64,000 nucleotides of DNA from a virus (taxonomy: Duplodnaviria > Caudoviricetes). Both the position numbers and the translations under genes were made by a program. The DNA lies in the IMG/VR virus record IMGVR_UViG_3300005512_000009, positions 29,543-93,542 of that record. One strand, written 5' to 3'. The notes below the pieces were generated by a model, which was not told where the DNA came from, ran no database searches, and was given only the letters and a program-made list of their open reading frames with translations. Shown here in pieces: positions 26,255 through 36,100 of the stretch. Within the stretch, counting starts at the first letter, position 1. The number at the start of each line of letters is the position of its first letter.

Positions 26255-27281
26255 AATTGAATTTTTCATAGGGGAGGTTGTTGAAGTATATGAAGAAACA
26301 TATCAAGACAACAATTCTAACAATCTGTATTCAATATTAGTAAAACCATATAATGATTACAATTCACAGAACATTTATTGTAGTCCTGCAAATATTAATA
26401 TTAAACAAATACCATTAGTTGGAGAACACGTTTTTATTTATAGAAGTTTAAATGCTGAATCAAATGATAATAAAGTACGAACAAGATGGTATTATTTAAA
26501 TACATTACCTTTACAATCGTCAATTCATCATAATTCTTTACCAGGAACAACAAAGAAAGTACAACAACAAAAAACAGATATTGATTCTTCTGTTCCGAAG
26601 TCTACTCAAGACGCCAACACTTCACAGCAAACGGCGTTAGGTGATACCTTTCAAGAAAGAAGTGATATTCCATTCTTACAACCATTCGAAGGTGATCTAT
26701 TAATAGAAGGACGTTTTGGAAATTCTATTCGATTTGGAAGTACTCATACTGGCACGGGTAAATACAGTCAGGCTCAATCTTCTGCGCTTAGCGGGCCTGC
26801 AGGAAGCCCTATCATAATTTTATCAAACAGAAAACCAGGTACACCTAAAAAATTTACATTAGAAAATGTTAATGATGATTATTCTTCAATATATTTAACA
26901 TCGCCTAATCAAGAAATAAAAACAATACAACTTTCTAAAGAATTAACACGCTCGAATGGGTTCAGTGGTTCACAACTCATTGGCTCAGCTGATAAAGTAG
27001 TATTACAAGCTAAAACTGGAACAATTGTATTAGATGCATCTAAAAGAATATCAATGAATGCCGATGAAATACTATTGGGTAGTGAAGGAGCCACTTCGCC
27101 ATTAGTAAAAGGTGATGTATTAGAACAAGTATTGAAAGCAATAATTTCTGCAATTAGAGCAGGCGTCATTGGCCCGGCCGGTGCATATTCAACACCAGTA
27201 CCAGGCGAAGGCGCTCTAGCTACAGCAGAAGGATTATTAAATTCAATGAAAAGTACTAAATTTAAAATAGACAAGGAATAA
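26241..27281 (+). CDS. putative baseplate hub/spike (gp5/VgrG-like)
   Basis: IPLVGEHV OB-fold motif, EGRFGNSIRFGS, beta-helix-like C-terminus; lies before gp25. Confidence 0.6.
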   Translation: MTKTKIEFFIGEVVEVYEETYQDNNSNNLYSILVKPYNDYNSQNIYCSPANINIKQIPLVGEHVFIYRSLNAESNDNKVRTRWYYLNTLPLQSSIHHNSLPGTTKKVQQQKTDIDSSVPKSTQDANTSQQTALGDTFQERSDIPFLQPFEGDLLIEGRFGNSIRFGSTHTGTGKYSQAQSSALSGPAGSPIIILSNRKPGTPKKFTLENVNDDYSSIYLTSPNQEIKTIQLSKELTRSNGFSGSQLIGSADKVVLQAKTGTIVLDASKRISMNADEILLGSEGATSPLVKGDVLEQVLKAIISAIRAGVIGPAGAYSTPVPGEGALATAEGLLNSMKSTKFKIDKE

Positions 27282-27284
27282 GTT

Positions 27285-28082
27285 ATGCCAGTAAGTCCTC
27301 CATTAGATAAAATACCAGCAGTTCCAGCACAGGCAGTAACTGCAATCATGGAATTAATAAGCAATCAAATTAACAATCTACAAGAACAAGCAATCGATGC
27401 TATTGAACGTTCTTCATTGCCTGATCAGGTTGATTGTGATGATCCGAGAGTTCAAGCAGCTATCGAAGCATTTAATAATTTGAATGATTTAATCAATAGA
27501 ATTCGTGATTTAATACCTACAATACAGCGTATTACTAACACGATACAAACCGTGATCGGTGTTGCCCAGGCAGTAAAAGCTGCGCAACTTCTTAACCCAG
27601 CAACTGCCCCAGCTGTTATCGCTGCAGAATTGGTAATTGTACAAAACATGACTATTGCAAATGCATTAATTGCAGTACAACAATTTCGAAATATTCCAAC
27701 ACTAATTGAAAATGCAATATTAGGATTAGGACCAACACTGTTAGATGTAGCACAACGTTTAGCAACTGTATGTGATGAAAATGGAATAGAATTTAACATT
27801 GACAATTTGAATTTAAATGCACTAGGTGAAATTGATGTTGATGGCGATGGTATTGGAGATTTAGGTATTGATGGTCTTAATCAACTTGATGGGTTACTTA
27901 AGCAGCAGCAAGATTTATTGCAATCATTAGAAGAAGCTCCAAGTAAAGTATATTCTGACAATGGAGCGCCGGGTTCAGATCTAGGAAAGCCTGGCGATTA
28001 TTATATTGATTTACAAAATAAATTGATATATGGCCCGAAGCCTACAAGAACAGAATGGGCAGATGGAATAAATTTTGAATAA
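27285..28082 (+). CDS. virion-associated hypothetical protein
   Basis: Helical; DVDGDG loop; C-terminal GAPGSDLGKPGDYYID...YGPK. Confidence 0.7.
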   Translation: MPVSPPLDKIPAVPAQAVTAIMELISNQINNLQEQAIDAIERSSLPDQVDCDDPRVQAAIEAFNNLNDLINRIRDLIPTIQRITNTIQTVIGVAQAVKAAQLLNPATAPAVIAAELVIVQNMTIANALIAVQQFRNIPTLIENAILGLGPTLLDVAQRLATVCDENGIEFNIDNLNLNALGEIDVDGDGIGDLGIDGLNQLDGLLKQQQDLLQSLEEAPSKVYSDNGAPGSDLGKPGDYYIDLQNKLIYGPKPTRTEWADGINFE

Positions 28083-28119
28083 AATTACAGTGTAAATATT
28101 TATTAAAAAAGAAGAAACT

Positions 28120-28611
28120 ATGGATTCAAAAACATTAGTTAAAGTTTTAAAAAAAGTGGTAAGAGAAGAAGTTCGTTCTGTTATTAAAGAAGAACTTTCT
28201 GAAATCTTGCAAGAAGGGTTACAATCAACAATCAACGAAATGTCGATTACAGAAACAGCAACGCAAACGCCACAAATTACAAAATCAAAGAAAAAGAAAA
28301 TTGAATTTAAAAAAAATAAATTTTCAGACATTCTTAACGAAACAGATTCGTTGCGAGAACAATCGCCATATGGTGCGATGATGAATCAGCCATTAAATGA
28401 AAACATTACAATGACGTCAGCCGACGCACAAGGCTTTGGTGCAGTACATGAAAAAATGCGTGCACAAATGATGGGTATCGAAACCCCTTCTGTAATGGCT
28501 GATCCAGAAACTGGCAAATCTTTACAAGTAGATCCAGTTGTAGCAAAAGCAATGACACGTGATTATTCAGCATTAATGAAAGCAATGGATAAGAAAAAAG
28601 GTAAAGGATAA
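28120..28611 (+). CDS. conserved late hypothetical protein
   Basis: VVREEVRSVIKEEL; AMTRDYSALMKAM. Confidence 0.8.
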   Translation: MDSKTLVKVLKKVVREEVRSVIKEELSEILQEGLQSTINEMSITETATQTPQITKSKKKKIEFKKNKFSDILNETDSLREQSPYGAMMNQPLNENITMTSADAQGFGAVHEKMRAQMMGIETPSVMADPETGKSLQVDPVVAKAMTRDYSALMKAMDKKKGKG

Positions 28612-28615
28612 GTAA

Positions 28616-29062
28616 ATGGGGTTTAGAATAGAGTCTAGAGAGTCGTTTCGTAGAGATGATTCGCCAATTGCAATTAAGACGCAATTTGCTAAAGACAAAC
28701 TATTCACTCAATCATTTACTACAGATGATCAAGCAGTTTCTAATCTAAAGAATTTATTGCTAACACGTAAAGGCGAACGATACAATTTACCAACTTTTGG
28801 ATCTAGTTTGCTAAACTTAATATTTGAACCAAATACAGATCAATTAGTTCAAGCAATACAAGATACTATTAAAGAAGCAGTTTCATTTTGGTTACCATAC
28901 ATACAAATTACCAATATCGATGTTACGACTGGCCAAGGCAATGCAACATTAGTACATCAGGTTAATGTAACAGTATCGTTTCTAGTAAAACCTACAGGTT
29001 CTGAATTAACTATTGCTGTTTTTGCAAATGAAAATGGCGACTTCGAAGTAGCAGAGGGATAA
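28616..29062 (+). CDS. baseplate wedge subunit (gp25-like)
   Basis: NLKNLLLTRKGER...PTFGS.L...FEP...WLPYI. Confidence 0.9.
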   Translation: MGFRIESRESFRRDDSPIAIKTQFAKDKLFTQSFTTDDQAVSNLKNLLLTRKGERYNLPTFGSSLLNLIFEPNTDQLVQAIQDTIKEAVSFWLPYIQITNIDVTTGQGNATLVHQVNVTVSFLVKPTGSELTIAVFANENGDFEVAEG

Positions 29063-29063
29063 A

Positions 29064-30950
29064 ATGGCAACTGAAATTAAAAAAGACGTAACATATTTAG
29101 GAAAAGATTTTGGTCAATTCAGAAAAAATCTAATTGATTTTACCAAACAATATTTTCCAGATACCTATCGAGATTTTAACGAATCGTCGCCTGGAATGTT
29201 GTTTTTAGAATTAGCATCATATGTTGGTGATGTTTTATCATATTATACTGATACTAATCTAAAAGAGTCATTTTTACAACATGCACAAGAAGAAGGTAAT
29301 GTATTTGATATTGCTAGATCATTAGGATATAATGTAAAAGCTTCAACGCCAGGATATACTAATATCGATGTATTTCAACTACTTCCGGCTTCGGGTTCTG
29401 GAGATGCAGTTGCCCCAGATTTTAGATATGCATTATCGATACGTACTGGGATGCAAATAAAACAAGCATCAGGTGATGCTACTTTCAGAACATTAGACTC
29501 AATTGATTTTGGCTTTTCTTCATCATTTGACCCAACTGAAATTACAATATATGAAACTAATGATGCTACTAATGCACCAACATATTATTTAGCTAAGAAA
29601 ACGGTACGTGCTGTATCTGGAACAGTAAGAACGTCGACCTTTACATTTAATGCACCTGTTGCATATGATAAAGTTGTATTGCCGGACACTAACGTTATTG
29701 ACATAGTTTCGGTAGAAGAATCAGATGGAGATAATTGGTACCAAGTTCCTTATTTAGCTCAAGATACTGTTTTTGAAGAAGTTCCAAATTTAGCAGAAAA
29801 TGATCCAGACTTAAATGTATATAGAGCGAGTGCTCCATATCTTTTAAAGATGAGAAAATCTTCTAAAAGATTTGTTACTAGACTTAGACAAGACCGTTTA
29901 ACAGAGCTTCAATTTGGTGCAGGTGTTTCTGATAATAATGATGAAGAAATTATTCCAAACCCAGACAATGTAGGATCTGGTTTAGCTGGTTTTAGACGAA
30001 GTATTGATGTTGATATAGACCCATCAAACTTTTTATATACACGAGCATATGGACAAGCTCCTGCTAATACAACTCTTACAGTTACATATACAGTAGGAGG
30101 CGGATTTGCTGACAATGTAGAAGCAAATACATTAACATCAATTTCTTCAGTAAGTTATGATGATGATCCAAATGCTGACATATCAGGTGGTGTATTGAAT
30201 TTTGTTAAAAGTTCAATTGCAGCAAATAACCCAGAGCCAGCACGAGGAGCAAAGTCGACGGATAACATTGAAGATATCAAAAATAATGCACTAGCTAATT
30301 TTGCAACACAAAACAGATTGGTAACAAGAGAAGATTATATTATTAGAGCATATTCTATGCCAGCTCGTTTTGGTAGCATTGCAAAAGCATACATTGTTCC
30401 CGACGATCAAATCGCTCAAGACGATTTAGAAGAAAGACGAGTTTCAAATCCATTGGCAATGAATCTTTATGTATTAGGATATGATGCAACTAAAAAGTTA
30501 GTTAATTTAAATGATGCTGTAAAAGAAAATTTAAAAACATATCTTGGAAATTATCGCATATTAACAGATGCAGTTAACATAAAAAATGCATTCATTATCA
30601 ATATTGGCATTAATTTTGAAATTAGTGCTAGAGCAAATTATAATAGTAATGATGTTCTACTTCGTTGTGTTGATCGTCTAAAGCGTTATTTTGAAATTTC
30701 AAGATGGCAGATCAATCAACCAATAATTAAATCTGAAATATTGAATGCATTGGGCAACGTTGATGGTGTTCAGTCAGTGTTAGATGTACAGTTTACTAAT
30801 TTATATGACACAACCCAAAATTATTCTGGAAATATATACGATTTAAATACGGCAGAAAAGAATGGCGTTGTATATCCATCATTAGATCCTTCAATTTTTG
30901 AAGTTAAATTTCCAAACCAAGACATCAAAGGACGAATAGTATCTTACTAA
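29064..30950 (+). CDS. baseplate wedge subunit (gp6-like)
   Basis: KDF...DFNESSPG...SYVGDVLSYY, LQFGAG and QNRLVTREDY motifs. Confidence 0.9.
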   Translation: MATEIKKDVTYLGKDFGQFRKNLIDFTKQYFPDTYRDFNESSPGMLFLELASYVGDVLSYYTDTNLKESFLQHAQEEGNVFDIARSLGYNVKASTPGYTNIDVFQLLPASGSGDAVAPDFRYALSIRTGMQIKQASGDATFRTLDSIDFGFSSSFDPTEITIYETNDATNAPTYYLAKKTVRAVSGTVRTSTFTFNAPVAYDKVVLPDTNVIDIVSVEESDGDNWYQVPYLAQDTVFEEVPNLAENDPDLNVYRASAPYLLKMRKSSKRFVTRLRQDRLTELQFGAGVSDNNDEEIIPNPDNVGSGLAGFRRSIDVDIDPSNFLYTRAYGQAPANTTLTVTYTVGGGFADNVEANTLTSISSVSYDDDPNADISGGVLNFVKSSIAANNPEPARGAKSTDNIEDIKNNALANFATQNRLVTREDYIIRAYSMPARFGSIAKAYIVPDDQIAQDDLEERRVSNPLAMNLYVLGYDATKKLVNLNDAVKENLKTYLGNYRILTDAVNIKNAFIINIGINFEISARANYNSNDVLLRCVDRLKRYFEISRWQINQPIIKSEILNALGNVDGVQSVLDVQFTNLYDTTQNYSGNIYDLNTAEKNGVVYPSLDPSIFEVKFPNQDIKGRIVSY

Positions 30951-30987
30951 GGAATATTTATTATAAATAAACTAGTAAGGATAACTC

Positions 30988-32127
30988 ATGTTCAGAATAT
31001 TTTACGCAGAAAAAGATGCTACATTATATGAATCGGTGCCGACACTTAATACTGGTATCGATGAAATTCTTGAAGTAGGCAAACGCATTAATACTTCTGG
31101 AGATGCTTATGTACGAAGTAGGTCTCTTCTTAAGTTTGATATGTCTGAAATTCAATCGACATTAACAAAATATTCTACAACTTTAGATGCATGTAAGTTT
31201 GTTTTACAACTATATACTTCTCATGCAAAAACACTTTCTTCAGAATATACAGTTGAAGCAAAAATTGCATATGATTCCTGGGTGAATGGCGTTGGTTTTG
31301 AAAATTCATCACCTTCCATTACCGATGGCGTATCGTGGCAATATCCTGCTTCAGGTTCATCATGGACTACATCAGGTGATGTTACGCCATCTTTAAAAAT
31401 TACCGGAAGCCAAGGTGGTAGCTGGATATATCAAAGTGGATCTGGATCATATGATTTAACGCAATACGATCAAAGTTTTTATACGCAGCCGGGCTTAGAA
31501 GAACAAGAGTCATTTAGTTATCGTCCTACTGATATTAACATGGATGTAACAGATGCAGTTAAATTATGGATTAGCGGTAGTGCAGGAACAATAATTTCAA
31601 ATAATGGATTCTTGCTTAAATTTTCTGATGCCGATGAAGCGTCTGGTGACACTACTGGGTATGTAAGATTCTTTAGTAGAGAAACTCATACTATATATGT
31701 TCCGAAGCTAACTATGTATTGGGATCAGTCAGCGTATTCTAGCACGTTAGACGCACTTGATTTAGAATCGAATATCATTTACCCAAAAATTAATAAATCG
31801 TATAAAGACACGGAAATAGCTCGTATACGCTTTTATGGACGTGATAAATATCCACAAAAATCAGCTACAAATTTATTTCCATTACAGACAGTTAAGCGCT
31901 TGCCAGAGACTACATATTATTCAGTTGTCGATGCTGCTACAGATGAAACAATAATTCCATTTGACGATATTTATACTAAAGTGAGTTGTGATGATGTCAG
32001 CAACTTCATTTATTTAGATATGAATGGGTTGATGCCAGAGCGTTATTATCGCATAGCATTAAAAATTGTTGATGGTTTCACAGAACAGTATATTGATAAT
32101 GAATATTATTTTAAAGTAGTTAGATAA
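30988..32127 (+). CDS. virion structural protein
   Basis: KDATLYE, RSLLKFD, NNGFLLK and FFSRET motifs; in the baseplate block. Confidence 0.75.
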   Translation: MFRIFYAEKDATLYESVPTLNTGIDEILEVGKRINTSGDAYVRSRSLLKFDMSEIQSTLTKYSTTLDACKFVLQLYTSHAKTLSSEYTVEAKIAYDSWVNGVGFENSSPSITDGVSWQYPASGSSWTTSGDVTPSLKITGSQGGSWIYQSGSGSYDLTQYDQSFYTQPGLEEQESFSYRPTDINMDVTDAVKLWISGSAGTIISNNGFLLKFSDADEASGDTTGYVRFFSRETHTIYVPKLTMYWDQSAYSSTLDALDLESNIIYPKINKSYKDTEIARIRFYGRDKYPQKSATNLFPLQTVKRLPETTYYSVVDAATDETIIPFDDIYTKVSCDDVSNFIYLDMNGLMPERYYRIALKIVDGFTEQYIDNEYYFKVVR

Positions 32128-33092
32128 TGGCAAAACAACAAATATCGTATAGTCAGCCACAACAATTAACGTTGAGTGATTCTGTTTTATCAGAAGCTTC
32201 TGCATTTGTTAGTGACGATGCAGTTCTAGAAATGCGTGAGCAAACTAGAGCTGAAATATTACAGTCTACCTCATACGAACAATCCTTTCAACTAGCTAGC
32301 AGACAAGAGCAAATCATTTATGATCAAAAAGGATTAGACTATGCATCTAACTTACTATTTGTGAATAAAAGAGATGCAGCAGGCAATTTAATTATTAATG
32401 GTACTGTACAAGAAGTTACTGATGAAGAAGCTGCACAATACAATGAAACGGTAATTGTTGAAGCTAATGATAGACTGTATACAAATCGTTCTGTTAATAG
32501 AGCGGTCGACACACAGTTTAAATATTTTAAATTTCCACCAACTATTATCTCAAGGCAAACTGATATTGGCGAAATTGATGTTGAATTGCCAGAAAATGAA
32601 TTAGATGTATTCAGCGCAAGATATACGCCAGATTTTGTAACACAGTGGTTTACAATGGCTCTAAGTTATCAAAAATTAGAATATAATAATGTTCTTCGAG
32701 GGCCGCAACAAAGTGATCCAGGAACTTATATGATTACTCCAGAATTAATCGAATCTGGTAAAAATCTTCGTATGAGATATGCAGTAGATGTACATAATTC
32801 TTATGCAGCAGATGCACTAAATAGCGATGGAACCCCGGCAAATGTTGGTTTCGCTGCAAGACTACAAAGAACATCGGCAGACTATCAACCAAGCTTAACA
32901 AATGCAGGAGTCACAGATTTTAAAATAGTTCCGCCACAAGGCTGGGATACACTGCGCGGAGAATATACAGTACTAAATAGTCAAATGAGACCGTGGGACA
33001 AATGGTATATTGAAGGTGAATGCGGTACTAGCACAAACGGCCGTTATGTAGCCGATAAGTCATATTGGGTAATTGAAGCGGTAGATCCGTAA
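32127..33092 (+). CDS. putative structural protein
   Basis: Translationally coupled within the structural operon. Confidence 0.7.
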   Translation: MAKQQISYSQPQQLTLSDSVLSEASAFVSDDAVLEMREQTRAEILQSTSYEQSFQLASRQEQIIYDQKGLDYASNLLFVNKRDAAGNLIINGTVQEVTDEEAAQYNETVIVEANDRLYTNRSVNRAVDTQFKYFKFPPTIISRQTDIGEIDVELPENELDVFSARYTPDFVTQWFTMALSYQKLEYNNVLRGPQQSDPGTYMITPELIESGKNLRMRYAVDVHNSYAADALNSDGTPANVGFAARLQRTSADYQPSLTNAGVTDFKIVPPQGWDTLRGEYTVLNSQMRPWDKWYIEGECGTSTNGRYVADKSYWVIEAVDP

Positions 33093-33103
33093 TTGGAATA
33101 AGT

Positions 33104-36100
33104 ATGTTATCACAATACAAAAATATCGATAAAATTCTTAGCTCAACAAAAGCTACGCAAGGGCAACGATTTTCAGACAAAGAAATTGAATTGTTGTCTT
33201 CACCGGCATTAAAATATGCTTGGAAAAATAACATATTAAAATCTAGTGCTAAAGATAATGGAATTGAGTTTCATGTATATTCTGGCGATACTTGGATTAC
33301 AGGAAATCATCGAATTGATTTACAGCCTAAAAATCAGACTACATATACTGACCCGGAGAGTAACGTTGATTATAGATTGCCAGCAGTACCATGGCAGATT
33401 AATCTATTCAATGAATTCAATAATCTGAATATTCAAAAAGGTGAATATAGAATCGCGGTAAATTTCTTTACCAACCTTATTGGGTCATATGAATCGCAAA
33501 AATTAAAAATAGATGAAATATCTCCAGATCGTACAGAATTACGATTACGAGCAATTGATCCAGATGACTCAGAATTTTTAGAGCAGATTACAAATTACAT
33601 ACAAAGTGTTGGAAATGCTGTTACACGTTTAACTTCAACAGAATCATATCGTACACTGCTTGTTAATTTTAGCAGAAACCAAACTGCGTTGTTTACTAAT
33701 AGTGTAGTAATTGGAGAATATGTTTATGTAAAATTGTATGAGCCATTAGCAGATGATATTGAAAAAGATTTCAAATGTTGGATAGTTGAAGAACAACGTC
33801 CTACATATATTGATCGTGTTATATTAGAAACTTTCGGCTTAGGCATAACAGAGCCAACTAGAAAATTAGCTGGACCGAATTGGGATGCATCCGATCGTGC
33901 TAGCACAAGCACAGACACAGGTTTAAAAAATTGGAATGACATATTAGGATCAAGCGTTTCAACATCACAGCAATTGGTTGATTCGATATTTTCTGGAAGT
34001 CTTTCGGGTATTGATTTGAATATTGATTATTCAGATTTTAATAACTTTGTATTTTATAGTTCGGCTACAGAACGAGTTAAGAATTTTAAATATAAAATCG
34101 GATTGATTGAATATTATGATTCGCAATTAAATACTTTAGGTTCTATATCAGGCAGTACTGCTGTTACTAATATTCAAGAATTTACAAATCTTAAAAATGC
34201 ATTGATTGGTGGATTTGATGAATTTGAAAAGTATCTTTATTTTGAATCATCATCAACACCATTCACATATGATCTACCATTAGCAGATCCTAATGTTTCG
34301 TACCTTACGGGTAGTTATATTGATCCGTGGCCTAAGACAACAACATCTCGTCCGCATACGTTGTATAGTAGCACATCAAGCATTGCACAAGAATGGTATT
34401 CAACCTTGTTAGACAACGCAGATATATATGATCGCGCGAATTATAATTCTTTGATTAACGGTGTTCCGTTATATTTACGAACTAATCCTGACAATGAAGG
34501 TTTAGAAACGTTTATTCATATGTTAGGACAACATTATGATATCATTTATACATATATCCGCAATGTTTCTAAAATATATTCTAGAGATGAACACCCTAAA
34601 TACGGTGTTCCAAATGAATTACTTTATTCTGTAGCAAAACAGTTTGGATGGTCGCTAACGGATGGCAATCAATACAAAGATCTTTGGGAATATGTTTTAG
34701 GTACTAACGAAGCAGGAATTCCGATTACTGGTTCTAATACGGTAGGTGATGCATCATTACCAGGCAAGGATATGACGTACCACGTATGGCGTCGTATTGT
34801 TAATAACTTGCCAGGACTATTAAAATCAAAAGGAACTAAAAGAAGCGTAAAAGCATTGTTATCATGTTATGGAATACCACAGAGCATGATATCAATCAAT
34901 GAATATGGCGGGCCGAGAATTGAACGGCCTCCAGTTTATGAAAAATTGAATTTTGATTATGCATTAGACTTAATTCAAAATGCTGCTGGTACAGTAACAG
35001 TTGATTATGATCAACCAATTAATTCAGTAGAACTTCGTTTCCGAACTGATAATGTATTGACTAATCCAGCATTGCCTAGCACAATGAATTTATTTTCAGT
35101 AGATTCAAATGATGTTACTTTAGATTTCACGCGCGGTACATTAGGTACTATTCAAATTAATGGTACGAGTTCAGCTGATATTGAAATGTTTGATGGTGGA
35201 TGGTTGAATGTATTATTAAGAAGTGGTAGTAACGCATCATTAGAAGTTGTTGCTAAAAAATCAAAATATGGAAAAATTGTAGCAGCAGTATCTGCTTCTG
35301 CAACAGCATCATTTGCATCAACAGGCACAGTAACACTAGGTGGTAATAGCGGCGGCGCACGTCTAGAAGGACAACTTCAAGAATTGAGACTTTGGTCATC
35401 AAGTTTACAAGATTCGCCATTTAATAATCATACAAAAGCACCAGCTGCATATGATGGCAACGTTGATGCATATGATGAATTAGTATTCCGTTTGCCACTA
35501 ACAGAAAAAACCAATCACACAACGGCCGTTACAATGTCAGGAGTTGAACCCAATCTGTCAGGAATATCAGCTTCATTTGCAAGTTGGACTAATGCAGAGC
35601 CGTATGACTCGATTGAAGAAACATATTATTATGACGGAATATCATTGGCAGCAGGTACATTTGACGACAACAAGATTAGATTGGAAGATAATGAACTTGT
35701 CGGAACATTGGATGTTAAATCTAGAGCAGAAAGAAGCCAATTTGATAAAGCTCCATTAGATTCAAACCGTTTAGGAGTATATTTTTCTCCACAAACAATG
35801 ATTGATGAAGATATTATTGCACAACTTGGATTTACTGAATTAGATTCATATATTGGCGATCCCGGACAGCAGTATGAACGATCATACCCAGATTTAATTG
35901 AAGCTGCACAATCATATTGGAAGAAATATGAAACTAAGAATGATCTTAATGCATACATCAAAATATTTACATTGTTTGATCTTTCTTTCTTTAAGCAGTT
36001 AGATCAATTGTTGCCGGCTCGTGCCGATAAAATAACTGGATTATTGATTCAGCCTAATATTCTAGAAAGAAATAAAGATTCATTCTTACCTCGCGTAAAC